This document shows, in pieces, positions 28,990-39,700 of a DNA stretch of 64,000 bases. The stretch comes from an uncultured Verrucomicrobiae bacterium. GTDB taxonomy: Bacteria; Verrucomicrobiota; Verrucomicrobiia; Chthoniobacterales; Terrimicrobiaceae. How positions within the stretch are numbered: position 1 is the first letter of the stretch; each line of letters begins with the position of its first letter. A program made the position numbers and the translations under genes. The stretch lies in contig CAWKNY010000003.1 in the NCBI GenBank assembly GCA_963851035.1, positions 25,293-89,292 on the forward strand, read 5' to 3'. The notes under the pieces are model-generated. The model was not told where the DNA came from. It worked only from the letters and a program-made list of their open reading frames with translations, and made no database searches.

Positions 28990-30576
28990 ATGTCAACGAA
29001 AACCCTGGAGAAAAAAGAATCGCCACCGACGCCTGCCACGCCTGGTCGCATCGAACATTTCATCAATGGCAAGCATGTGCGTGGAGGTGGACGAACCAGT
29101 GATGTGTTCAATCCTGCCACGGGCGAAGTTTCCGCGAAGGTCGCCTTGGCATCAACTGCCGAAGTGGATGCGGCGGTTTCGGCCGCGCGGGCGGCGTATC
29201 CTGCCTGGTCACAGCTTTCTTCACTCAGGCGTTCGCGGGTCCTCTTTCGGTTCAAGGCGTTGATCGAGAAGCACCATGACGAACTCGCGGCGATGATCAC
29301 GCGCGAGCACGGCAAGGTTTTCTCTGACGCGAAGGGAGAGGTTGTCCGCGGCATGGAAGTCGTCGAGTTTGCCTGCGGCATTCCGCACCTTCTCAAGGGA
29401 CAGTACAGCGAGGAAATCGGCGGAGGCATCGACAACTGGAGCATGCGTCAGCCGCTGGGCGTGGTTGCTGGCATCACCCCCTTCAATTTCCCGGTGATGG
29501 TCCCGATGTGGATGTTTCCAGTGGCCCTGGCTTGCGGAAATACGTTCGTGCTGAAGCCTTCTGAGCGGGACCCTTCGCCGTCGATTCGGATGGCAGAACT
29601 GCTCAAGGAAGCCGGCTGCCCTGATGGCGTATTCAACGTCGTGCAGGGCGATAAGGTGGCCGTTGATGCCCTGATCGAAAACCCGCAGGTTGAGGCATTG
29701 TCTTTCGTGGGCTCGACGCCGATTGCCGAATATATCTATCGGGAATCGACGAAGCGCGGCAAGCGCGTGCAGGCTCTCGGAGGCGCAAAGAACCATCTTG
29801 TGGTCATGCCCGACGCCGATCTCGACCATGCGGCCGACGCCCTGCTTGGTGCCGCCTATGGCTCGGCCGGAGAGCGCTGCATGGCGATCTCTGTTGCTGT
29901 GGCCGTCGGAAAAACCGGCGATAAGCTGGTCGAAAAGCTCAAGCCGCGGGTGCAGGCGTTAAAGATCAACAATGGAATGGACCCGGAGGCGGAGATGGGC
30001 CCGGTCGTGACAGCGGCGCACAAAGCCAAGATCGAAGGTTACATCGAAGATGGCGTCAAGTCCGGCGCCATGCTGGTGGTCGATGGGCGCGGATTCAAGG
30101 CGCAAGGTCACGAAGACGGGTTCTTCCTGGCCGGGACATTGTTCGACCACGTGAAGCCCGACATGAAGATCTACAAGGAAGAGATCTTCGGACCAGTGCT
30201 GTGCGTGGTTCGCGTGCCCAACCTCGACAGTGCGATCGAATTGATCAATGCGCACGAGTTTGGCAATGGGGTCGCTTGTTATACGCGCAATGGAGGGACG
30301 GCGCGCGAATTTGCACGGCGCATCCAGATCGGGATGGTCGGAATCAATGTTCCGATTCCTGTGCCCATGGCCTGGCATTCCTTCGGAGGTTGGAAGCGCT
30401 CTCTCTTCGGCAGCCAGCACATCTACGGCGAGGAAGGGATTCGCTTTTACACCCGTTACAAGAGCGTGATGCAGCGCTGGCCGGCGGGCGAACCGGCAAG
30501 CATCGAGCTGACCTATACCTCCGGGACCGAAGGTGATACCTCGACCGGCGCGCAGTTCATCATGCCCACGAACTAG
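28990..30576 (+). CDS. mmsA: CoA-acylating methylmalonate-semialdehyde dehydrogenase
   Basis: Aldehyde dehydrogenase family. Catalytic Cys context GSAGERCMA, and [12 protein letters not shown]. Confidence 0.9.
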   Translation: MSTKTLEKKESPPTPATPGRIEHFINGKHVRGGGRTSDVFNPATGEVSAKVALASTAEVDAAVSAARAAYPAWSQLSSLRRSRVLFRFKALIEKHHDELAAMITREHGKVFSDAKGEVVRGMEVVEFACGIPHLLKGQYSEEIGGGIDNWSMRQPLGVVAGITPFNFPVMVPMWMFPVALACGNTFVLKPSERDPSPSIRMAELLKEAGCPDGVFNVVQGDKVAVDALIENPQVEALSFVGSTPIAEYIYRESTKRGKRVQALGGAKNHLVVMPDADLDHAADALLGAAYGSAGERCMAISVAVAVGKTGDKLVEKLKPRVQALKINNGMDPEAEMGPVVTAAHKAKIEGYIEDGVKSGAMLVVDGRGFKAQGHEDGFFLAGTLFDHVKPDMKIYKEEIFGPVLCVVRVPNLDSAIELINAHEFGNGVACYTRNGGTAREFARRIQIGMVGINVPIPVPMAWHSFGGWKRSLFGSQHIYGEEGIRFYTRYKSVMQRWPAGEPASIELTYTSGTEGDTSTGAQFIMPTN

Positions 30577-30957
30577 ACGTCACGACGACGGCGCTACCGT
30601 CGGCTGGGGGGCACAGGCGGAGTTTCCATAATCGTCGACTGTCGGACACACACTTGACGGCAGGTTCGCCTTGTGCCTTGGACTCATCGGGCGCGTCCTG
30701 GGGAAGGCGCTCGATGTATCGTTTCGCTCGTCGCCGCAGATTCCTGGTGCGGTCATGCGATGTTCTCGCCCGAACACCTCCAGCGCCTCGCCGCGACGTT
30801 CGAATTCTCGATCGTTGGCGCTCCGCATGGCGGCGTCATGAGCCGCACCTGAATCGCGGGTAGGGTGCTTCGAACTGGCGAGGTTGGGCGAGTCAGAGCG
30901 ATTCTAAAAAGAAATTTCCGGAAAGGTCGCTGAACGAGAGACGTTGCGGGCCACTGT

Positions 30958-31114
30958 CACGATCCAAGCCTGTCGTCGGGATCGCGTCTTAGTGCACTCG
31001 CCGGAATTGATTCTCGATGTCACAGACCCTCGACGGTTGGCACAACCGCCTCCACCACGCGGAACGATCCAAGCCCCCGTCGCCTTCGGGATCGCGTCTC
31101 AGTGCGCTTTCGGA
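30958..31114. repeat. Two imperfect ~47-nt direct repeats flanking an inverted copy of the hairpin repeat
   Basis: (c/a)acgatccaagcc..gggatcgcgtct(t/c)agtgc(a/g)ct..cgga occurs at 30958-31005 and 31063-31114. Each contains a cgatcc/ggatcg stem. A related core (gagcgcactgagtcgcg) is at 11181-11197 in reverse orientation. Confidence 0.6.
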
Positions 31115-31423
31115 AAGATCTTCGCGAGATGCACTAAACTAGTCACGCGCATATGGCGATGATCGATGAGTCTTAGGTATTAAGCGTCCTGGCGGGATCG
31201 CCTTCGCCGCCTCGCATCTTGTTGATTGTGGTGCTTCCGGCGCCCCCCTTTGTCAATCGCGCCTTTAATCTTGGCCTGCGTCCCGCCCGAAACCGGGCAA
31301 ACTTCGCAATACTTCCTTTCCTCAGGCGTCCGGAAAATCTCACGACAGAGAAACCCAGCCTTCGACAGTTATCTTTACGGTCCGTCGTCTCTGCAAGGGG
31401 GCTCATCACTTTCTGCATTTCAC

Positions 31424-31561
31424 CTCTTTGCGAACGTGGTTCGGGAGGACCCGGGCATCTCCAGGCCTCGTACTTCCATCTGCCGCAAAACTTTGAAACT
31501 CGGCGCTCCCGTTGCCTTTGTAAGAATATGAACGGACCACTTCACCTTGCAAAATACCCTG
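31424..31561 (-). repeat. Copy 2 of the ~140-nt conserved element (inverted relative to copy 1)
   Basis: See copy 1 at 8710-8857. The reverse complement aligns with long identical blocks. Confidence 0.7.
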
Positions 31562-31646
31562 GGTCACTCTCGAAGTGGACTCAATTTCAACCTTAGCGGA
31601 TCTCAGACTGATCCGAATATCAAACAACGACTTAAGCAAAGCAAAC

Positions 31647-32045
31647 ATGAAAATCATACAATCCATTCTAATTATCTGCGCCTGCGCATTCTTGCTTTCT
31701 GGGAAGTCCTTCGCCGACCCAGAAAGAGCCACTGTCTTAATCGACAACCAGGCGGGTAAGATGATCCACTATCAGCTCAAGTGGGGCGCCGATGGCCAGT
31801 GGAAGGATTTTACCTTAGCGGCTGGCTATGAAATGACACACCGAAAAAAGTATATTTCCACAGGCGTCCCGCCCCCATACATTAGATTTCAGGCATTCAG
31901 CACCTTTGACGGAGGGGCAGAGAGAAAATACAAGTTAGATATCGGATGGGACAACAATCCCCGACGATATCACTTTGAGGTAAGCGACAACACACTCAAC
32001 TTCTTTAAGGAGGCTCCCCGCTGTCGAGAATGGGTAAGCGGATAG
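31647..32045 (+). CDS. Small secreted hypothetical protein in a low-GC patch
   Basis: Signal-peptide-like start MKIIQSILIICACAFLLSGKSFA. The region is visibly AT-richer than its surroundings. The last codons overlap the left end of the first ISL3 element. Confidence 0.55.
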   Translation: MKIIQSILIICACAFLLSGKSFADPERATVLIDNQAGKMIHYQLKWGADGQWKDFTLAAGYEMTHRKKYISTGVPPPYIRFQAFSTFDGGAERKYKLDIGWDNNPRRYHFEVSDNTLNFFKEAPRCREWVSG

Positions 32046-33386
32046 GATTTCATTTTGAGAGAGGCGCGCAGGGCGCGCGGGGCTAACGAACAAGGGCCTC
32101 ATTGCCGGCCCTTGTAAGTCCCGGCTAGGGGGAACAGGATTGGCCCGATGACACCGGAAGCGTTGTTTACCGCGGCCCTGCAACTCGAAGCGGGATGGAA
32201 AGTAACGGAATGCCGATTTGAAGGCGAACCACGCCAGTTGCTTTTGAAACTGGATTTTGAGGGGGGCAAGCGCTTTGGCTGCCCAGAGTGCGGCAAGCTT
32301 TGTCCAACCCATGACACCAGCGTCAAGCGATGGAGGCACCTGAACTTCTTCCAGTATGAGTGCCTCTTGGAAGCGCGGGTACCGCGCAGCGATTGCCCGG
32401 AACACGGGGTCTTGAGCGTGGCGGTGCCTTGGGCGCGGGAAGGGAGCGGGTTTACCCTTCTTTTTGAGGCCCTGGCTCTGCTGTTGTGCCGGGAAATGCC
32501 GATGGCGGCGGTGGCCGATGCTCTTGGGGAGCACGACACCCGGCTCTGGCGTGTGGCGGCCCATTATGTCGAAGCGGCCCACGCCAAGAACTCGTGGGCG
32601 CAGGTGCGAGCGATCTCGGTTGACGAAACCAGTGCCCGGCGAGGCCATCGTTACGTGACCAATGTGCTCGACGCGCAAACTCATCAGCTTCTCTTGATGG
32701 TCGAAGGCCGTAGCGCCGAGGCGCTGGAAACCTTTGCCCAGGTATTGGTGGCTCACGGAGGAGGGCGCGAACAGATCGAACTAATTAGCATGGATATGAG
32801 TCCGGCTTATCAGCGCGGAGCGCAGCAGTTCTTCCCGCAGGCTCAGATCGTCTTCGATCGCTTTCATCTCATGCAAATGGCTGGCCAAGCTGTCGATAGG
32901 GTCCGCAAGGAACTGGCCTGGGCGGGAGCCGATCTGAAGGGATCGCTCTGGGTGCTGCGCGGTAATGAATGGACCCGCAGCCAGGAGCAATGCCAGCGAA
33001 GAAGTGCGCTCTGCAATCGTTACCCCAAACTCGGGCGGGCCATCGGTCTGCGCGATATGCTCCAAGACATCCTCGCCGACGAAGATCAGGAGGCCCTGCG
33101 CTGGTGGTGCAAGCGCGCCAAGCTCAGTCGGCTCGAACCCTTTCGCGACTTGGCACACAGCATTCAAGAACATTGGAGCGGCGTTGTCGCCTTCCTGAAA
33201 ACTCGACTCACCAATGGCGCCATCGAAGCAGTCAATGGCCTGCTCCAACTTGCTAAGCGTTTGGCCAGAGGTTTTCGCTCCCTTCGTTACTTCCGAATCA
33301 TGGCCTATCTCAAAGCCGCTGGTCTTCATCTCAATTTGCCTTCTCTCAAGCCATCCCTTGTTACCCACTCAAAATAGCGAATGGCC
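32040..33386 (+). mobile_element. ISL3-family insertion sequence, copy 1 (left end degenerate)
   Basis: The right inverted repeat (reverse complement of 33358-33386: ggccattcgctattttgagtgggtaac) matches the IR of copy 2. The left end ggataggatttcattttgagagagg matches only partly. No target-site duplication seen. Confidence 0.65.
32148..33377 (+). CDS. ISL3-family transposase
   Basis: 409 aa. N-terminal zinc ribbon CPECGKLCPTHD, DDE region (ISVDETS.., LISMDMSPAY..), C-terminal NGAIEAVNGLLQLAKRLARGFR. Confidence 0.9.
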   Translation: MTPEALFTAALQLEAGWKVTECRFEGEPRQLLLKLDFEGGKRFGCPECGKLCPTHDTSVKRWRHLNFFQYECLLEARVPRSDCPEHGVLSVAVPWAREGSGFTLLFEALALLLCREMPMAAVADALGEHDTRLWRVAAHYVEAAHAKNSWAQVRAISVDETSARRGHRYVTNVLDAQTHQLLLMVEGRSAEALETFAQVLVAHGGGREQIELISMDMSPAYQRGAQQFFPQAQIVFDRFHLMQMAGQAVDRVRKELAWAGADLKGSLWVLRGNEWTRSQEQCQRRSALCNRYPKLGRAIGLRDMLQDILADEDQEALRWWCKRAKLSRLEPFRDLAHSIQEHWSGVVAFLKTRLTNGAIEAVNGLLQLAKRLARGFRSLRYFRIMAYLKAAGLHLNLPSLKPSLVTHSK

Positions 33387-34231
33387 TTTAAGGATTGATC
33401 GCCTAGCTTTGCTTCGAATTCATCGAGCACGAAGCAATCGGGAAATACGCCCGAATTTCTCAATAGGACCATGGCCACCTACGCCGCCGAGTTTAACTCC
33501 CCCGCTATAGGTAAGCCCAACTGACCGATAATGCATAGGCGATTCTCGTCCTCCGCGCCCTACTCATCGCTCCTTTCGCTAACGCCGCGTATCGTGCTAT
33601 TCCTAACGCAGTGTCGGGCACTTCCATTGAGGTTTATGTGGCTATTATGGTGTCCAACAAGCAGTGGCGATTATCGCGGGCATTGGCGACGACAGCAACT
33701 GGGTTCGTCGAGTAGTGGAGGCGCTACTGAATTTTCCAGTCCAGGGCAGTTCGCTGATCTCGGTCACATGCAAACAGATCAGCGTCGAAGCCAGATTGGG
33801 CAATTGTTCCAGTAGTTAGAAAAATGAAATCTAAATTTCCTAATATTGACCTGGAGGCGCACTATGCGGAGAACGCTGAACGGCAAAGGATTAAGGGAGC
33901 CATCTGGAGACATCTTGAGTTTTGGCCCTTTGTTGTTGTTAGAATCTTGTTTGGGACAGGCTGGCTTCTGGCAGGGGTAACAAAAATCACGGAGAAAGCA
34001 TGGTTTAGCGAACCCGGGGTTTTCCTGAGAGATTACCTGATCAAAGCAATGGCGAATAACGATGTCCCAGGATTTTTATCGAGCTTTCATAGAGCATGCG
34101 GCCTTGCCCCATGTGATGGTCTTTAACTACGCCATACCCGTCGCTCAAATAGGGATCGGCCTCTTTCTAATAGCAGGGCTACTGACGTTCCCATCAATCC
34201 TGGTTTGTCTCTTTATGCATATAAATTTGAT

Positions 34232-35632
34232 GGCTCCTCGACATTTTGAGTGGGTTAAAGAACTGGTTTGATGGGGGCTTTGCGCCCCCAAGCCCCGCAC
34301 CGCTCGCCGCGGCAGGCGTTCGGGGGGAACTTGGAAGGAGTGGCCCTTCCAGTTTGGGCAAAGAGGGCTGGCACCGGCTGGTTTTGGAGGGCAGATTTTT
34401 GCGGCTATGGACGCAAATGTTCTTTTCGGGAAGGCCTTGGGATTGGGCAGTGGGTGGAAAGTGGTCAAGAGCGAGATGGACGTCGCAGGCCGGGAGCTGA
34501 AAATCTGGCTGGATTTCGAGTCCGGCTCTCAATTTGCCTGCCCGCAGTGCGGAAAGTTCTCTCCGGTTCACGATACGGTGGAGAAGCGCTGGCGGCATCT
34601 GGACTTTTGGCAGCATCGCACCGAGTTGATCGCCCGGGTGCCGCGCACCAATTGCCAGGAACACGGCATCTTGCAAGCCGCGGTGCCTTGGGCGCGGCCT
34701 GGCAGCGGATTTACGCTAATGATGGAGGCCATGATCCTGCTGCTGGGTCAGCAGATGAGCGTGTCGGCGGCGGCCCGCCACTTGGGAGAGAGCGACAAAC
34801 GGCTCTGGAGAGTGCTTGAGCATTATGTCATGGAGGCCCATATGGCCAAGGACTGGAGCCAGGTGCGCCGTCTTATGATTGACGAAACAAGCGCCCGCAA
34901 AGGGCATCGCTATGTGACCGTCGTGCTCGACGCGGAGAGCCGTGACCTTTTGCTTATGGTCGAAGGGCGCAGTGCACAGGCCGTTACGGAGTTCCTGTCA
35001 GTCATGGCTGCCCACGGAGCCAAGGCCGAAGCGATTACCGAGGTGGTCATGGACATGAGCCCTGCCTACATCGCCGGAGTGCAAACCCACTTTCCCAATG
35101 CACGCATCGTCTTCGATCTCTTTCATATCATGAAGCTGGCTGGAGAGGCCCTTGATGCCGTTCGCAAGAGCCTGCGCAAGCAGGGAGCCGATTTGACCGG
35201 TGGACTCTGGGCTCTCCGAGGCAACGAATGGACGCGCTCCCAAGAGCAACTCGACTTGCGCCGCAAGCTGGCTCGCGCCTATCCGATCCTGGGCCGCGCC
35301 ATCGCCTTGCGCGAAGCCCTCCAAGGGGTGTTGGCCGATGGTGACCTGCCTTCCATCCGCTGGTGGCTGGGCTGGGCCGACCGTTCCCGGCTCGAACCCT
35401 TCCGCAAACTCTCACGAACTCTCAAAGAACACTTCCACGGCGTCCTGGCCTATCTCGAAACCCGCCTGACTAATGCGGCCATCGAAGCCGTTAACGGTCT
35501 CCTCCAGATGGCTAAGCGCATCGCCCGTGGCTTTCGCAACTTCCATTACTTCCGTATCGCCGCTTATCTCAAGGCCAGCCGTCTCAACCTCCAAGTCCCT
35601 CATCCTTTACCCACTTGAAACGTCGAAGAGGC
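34232..35632 (+). mobile_element. ISL3-family insertion sequence, copy 2, with inverted repeats and target-site duplication
   Basis: IRL is ggctcctcgacattttgagtgggttaaag (34232-34260). IRR reverse complement is gcctcttcgacgtttcaagtgggtaaagg (35604-35632). Flanking 8-mers aatttgat (34224-34231) and aattttat (35633-35640) match at 7 of 8 positions. Confidence 0.85.
34407..35618 (+). CDS. ISL3-family transposase
   Basis: 403 aa, collinear with the copy-1 transposase (CPQCGKFSPVHD, MIDETSARKGHRYVTVV, NAAIEAVNGLLQMAKRIARGFR) but clearly diverged. Confidence 0.9.
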   Translation: MDANVLFGKALGLGSGWKVVKSEMDVAGRELKIWLDFESGSQFACPQCGKFSPVHDTVEKRWRHLDFWQHRTELIARVPRTNCQEHGILQAAVPWARPGSGFTLMMEAMILLLGQQMSVSAAARHLGESDKRLWRVLEHYVMEAHMAKDWSQVRRLMIDETSARKGHRYVTVVLDAESRDLLLMVEGRSAQAVTEFLSVMAAHGAKAEAITEVVMDMSPAYIAGVQTHFPNARIVFDLFHIMKLAGEALDAVRKSLRKQGADLTGGLWALRGNEWTRSQEQLDLRRKLARAYPILGRAIALREALQGVLADGDLPSIRWWLGWADRSRLEPFRKLSRTLKEHFHGVLAYLETRLTNAAIEAVNGLLQMAKRIARGFRNFHYFRIAAYLKASRLNLQVPHPLPT

Positions 35633-35769
35633 AATTTTATTCTGTCCGGAAATATGAATGTGATCAGTCTTATCCTCACACAAGTGCGTTTCTGTTGTTG
35701 TTGAGCGGGAACCGGGCGACCGGATTAAGCGCGGACCGATACTTCAATTTCGAGAGCATCTTAGCCTTA

Positions 35770-36204
35770 AATAGAGGCAATCATGCCCAGCATTCGTTCA
35801 ACCCTGAAGTTGCGTTCCGGCGAAGCCCGGGAATGAAATTGGGACGCTGGGCAAGGCGGAAGTATGTGGGGCTCAAAGTCCCCCGTCGCACTCTCAGACG
35901 GGCGCGTGGCGCGTCGTACCATTCCTGAAGATCTTGGGTGGTAACTGCGCCAAGCGGTTTTGTGATGCTCGTCACACAAGACCTCGTCGATGTGACGATG
36001 ACTGCGCTTGGCCGTTCTTCCCACTCGCGCCTTCGAAGCTTCTCTTCAAGAGACTCATTTGAAAACGTCCCCGGAGCGACTCGGGTCTGTCGAAGAATGG
36101 TTCACCCGTTCCTCATGAACGAACTGCCCCAGATTCGGCCAGTCCTTTGTGTTCAGGCAGGCAATGTAGTCTCGATAAATGCCGGAGAGGTCGGCTTTCG
36201 TCAT
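35770..36204 (-). pseudogene. Decayed SnoaL-like ester-cyclase gene remnant
   Basis: My translation from the ATG at 36204 gives MTKADLSGIYRDYIACLNTKDWPNLGQFVHEERVNH.. and stops after 49 codons. The expected continuation is only partly recognisable in other frames. Confidence 0.35.
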
Positions 36205-36760
36205 GGCAGTTGCACCCGTGTTCCTTCAAGGTTCCTACCGCAAAGTAGGGCGACGCAGAAATTCTGCAATCGCGACCAAAATCTCAGGTCACGTCCCGCC
36301 ATTCGTCACCGTCCCGAGCAACCAGGTTTTGCTCATGGGGTTGAGCGGCAAGGACGCTCTCAGGATCTCCGCCTCGTCCACACACAGACCTTGACTCCCA
36401 GCCGATTCCATCCGACGCAGCGTTATGATTCAATAGCGGCAGGAGGTTCGATATGTCGCTTATTCTGGCTCGACGAAGAGCACTGAAGCGCAATGTTGCG
36501 CTGCCGTTTCCAAGAGGTTCGAGGCCATCCAGTTGCCATTGAGGAACATGAAATCTTCAACCGGGAAGTCGGAGGGGCGCAGCCAAAGTGTCTTGTGGGC
36601 GCTGACATCTTGAATCTCTAAGAGTCTTTCTGGGTTTCTCATTCCAGCTTCGGCCCATCGAAGACAAAGTTTGGCGTTGTCACTTGGACGTGACCTGACA
36701 GACCCTGTAGAATGGGTACCCATGCCAGGAACTGCGGAGCTCGAGAGGATGCGTTGAGGG

Positions 36761-39700
36761 ATGGATAGCGATCTCAAATCTGGTCTCAGGCATCAGCGGA
36801 TCATCGCCAACGCGGGTTCGGGAAAGACACATCGGCTGACAACACGCTACATCGAACTGCTCGAACGCGACGTTCCCGCCGAGCAGATTGTCGCCTTGAC
36901 TTTCACCCGTAAGGCAGCGGGTGAGTTTCTGGACGCGATCTTTGATCGTCTCTTGAAGGCGTTGGCCTCAGAGTCGGAAGCGCTCAACCTTGCCCGGGAG
37001 ACGGGCATGCCGAAGCTGACGTCGGAGCGGTGCCGGAGTCACTTGCGCCAGCTGGTCGAGAAGCTTTCGCTCCTGACGCTGGGCACGCTCGACAGCTTCT
37101 TTGGCAAAATCCTCCGGGCATTTCCGTTCGAATGCGGACTGGCAAGCGAAGTGACCATCCTTGATGATCACTTGCAAGGGGTCCTTCGGCGCCAGGTGCT
37201 TGCGGACGTCTTCCGCGACCAACTGCGCGATGAAAAGGGCTTCGCGGAGTTTCTCGATCTCATCCGCCAGCAAAGTCGCAACCGCGAGAGCCGTGACGTC
37301 TCACGAACGCTTGACCGCGCGGTCGAAGAGTTGCACGAACGTTTCCTTCTTACCCCCGCCGACAAACCATGGGGGAATCCCTCGGCCATCTGGCCGTTGG
37401 GTTCTCCGCTCCTCGCGCACAGCGATATCCTGGGCCTGGCGGAGAAATTTGAGAAAGACCTCTTCCGCAGTCAAGCGAATATGGACGCCGGGCACCGCGA
37501 AAGCTGGGAGGCGCGACTGCGCGAGATTCGGGCATTAAAGAGCGGATCTCCTGCTTCGGACAAGCTGATCACCTTCGCGATTCGTGCCCTTGATCCGCCG
37601 GCGGACAGGACGCGACCGGGTCACTTCGTCCTCAGTCTCGGCAAGGTAATGTTTCATTTTCCAAATAGCATGCGCGACTCTGTCGTGCCGCTCGGCCGGG
37701 CAATTCTTGGCATCGAACTCGAAGGCCGGCTCGCCCGCTCGGGCGCGCTCTACAGGCTTCTGGCGCGCTTCGAAGCCCGCTACCAGGTGCTCGTCCGCGA
37801 TAACGGACAGCTCACTTTCCTTGATGTTGCGGGATTGCTCGCCGCGGCAGGGGGGACATCATGGGGTGCCAAGTCGGTCGGGTCGTTCAGCCGGCAGGAA
37901 ATGAATTTCCGTCTCGACTCCTCCTACGACCACTGGTTGCTCGATGAATTTCAGGATACCAGCCGATTGCAGTGGCAGGCGTTGCGCGACCTGGTGGACG
38001 AGGTCATCCAAAGCGATAGCGGACGGCGTTCGTTTTTCTATGTCGGGGATACGAAACAGGCCATCTACACCTGGCGTGGCGGCGATCCGCGGCTTTTCGA
38101 TGAGGTCTCCGACTTTTATAATGCATCCGGCACAGAGCGGATCGATACCCGGGAGGCCCTTGATGTTTCATTTCGCTCGGCGCCGGAAATTCTGGATGCC
38201 GTCAACACGATTTTCTCCCCGGAACACCTGCAACGGCTCGCTGGGATGCTCGAGTTTCCGGTGGAAGTTCTCGATCGCTGGCGATCCGCCTGGCGGCATC
38301 ATGAGGCGCAGCAAAGATTCCGCGGGACGGGATTGTTCGAGTGGCGTTCGTTGGATGTCCCCGCCGACGAAGCAAGGGCTGCTTTGGACGATGAAGCTGC
38401 GCGTCGCATTAAGGAGGTCGATCCTCTCGAAAAGGGATGGTCATGCGCAGTGCTGGTGCGCACCAATCCCCGCATCCTCACCGTGATCGACGCCCTTCGC
38501 CGAGCCGGACTGCCCGCGACCGCGGAAGGGCGGATCTTTCCTTGCCAGGACAGCGACCTCGCCGCGGCAATCCTCGCATTCTTGCGCTTTATCGCCCATC
38601 CCAGCGACACCTTCTCGTGTCAGCATCTCATGATGACTCCGCTGGCCAAGCTTGTCAGCGGCGACCTGGAAGAGGTGCGCCGCTCTGCGCTGAGAAAAAT
38701 ACGGGAAGCCGGCTTTCACGGAATCGTGGCCAGCTTGCTCGAGAAGCTGGAGCTTGAACACAAGCCTTTCGCGAGAACGAGAGCCGAAGACCTCCTGATG
38801 GCCGCATCCGAATTTGATGCTGCCTGGCGCGGTCGGGCAGGGCTGGATGAATTTGTTGCCTTCGCACGGGGCTATGAATTGTCGGAGTATCCGGCGGGAA
38901 AGACGATTCGGGTGCTTACGATGCACGCGGCGAAGGGACTCGATTTTGACATGGTCGTTCTCCCGGACATCGACGCACGATCTTTATCGTCTCAGCGCGA
39001 CGCGTCCGTGCACCTCCACCACGGGCCGGACGGACAAGTGCAGTGGGGACTCGAGCTTCCGCCCGAGAAAGTCTGCAACCTTGATCCTGTCCTCAGCCAA
39101 GCTTGGGAACAGGAGGCAGCCGAGGAATGTTATGAAAGTCTCTGCCTTTCCTACGTTGCAATGACTCGCGCAAAGCGCGCACTCTATATCCTCAGCCGGA
39201 AACTCAGCCCGAAGAGCGATCGCAAGGACTTCAATCGTCTCCTCCACGAGACATTCGGCCGCGGCGGGTCCGCCTCGGGAGACCCTAACTGGCATCGGGA
39301 AATCAAAAGGCGCCCATTCTCCGCCGTGGAAGCGAACGTTTCATTGGTTGCCGGCGATCGTCGGCCCGGTTCTGCTCCGCTGCGACCATCACAAGCCGGT
39401 CCTTCGTGGATCAATGCGGCCTCGCTTTTCAGCGAAACCAGCGCCCGGGCCCTGGGATCGGAAGTGCATCGAACGCTCGCCAGGATCTCGTGGATCGACG
39501 AAGGCTTGCCAGACCCGGCAAGCCTGCCGCCCGAGGCCGCTGCCTTGATCGCGACTTTTCTCCAGACGAATACCGCCGCTCGTCTTTTCGCCCGGCCCTC
39601 CGGACCTTGCTCTCTCTGGCGCGAGAAGGCGTTCGACGTGGCTCTGGAGGGGCAATGGATCAGCGGCGTTTTCGACAGGGTGGTCATACACAGGAACGAA

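Larger units (their letters stand above)
33824..35704 (+). pseudogene. DoxX-like membrane protein gene with a +1 frameshift, split by ISL3 copy 2
   Basis: Frame 1 (33824-~34075) and frame 3 (to 34231) join cleanly if one T of the T5 run at 34073-34077 is removed (..NDVPGFYRAFIEHAALPHV..). The ORF resumes after the IS at 35641 (..HINLILSGNMNVISLILTQVRFCCC) and stops at 35702-35704. Confidence 0.65.

Noticed and set aside
30580-31418. Short ORFs 30580-30828 (-), 30944-31162 (+) and 31173-31418 (-)
   Set aside because: They span repeat copies, match no recognisable family and are compositionally poor. I treated the region as non-coding and repeat-rich.
31424-31561. Sigma-54 or sigma-70 promoter inside the conserved 140-nt element (TTGCAA / GG..TTGCA)
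   Set aside because: GG-to-GC spacing does not fit the -24/-12 rule in copy 2, and copy 1 lacks the GG. No -10 box lies at the right distance from TTGCAA in either copy.
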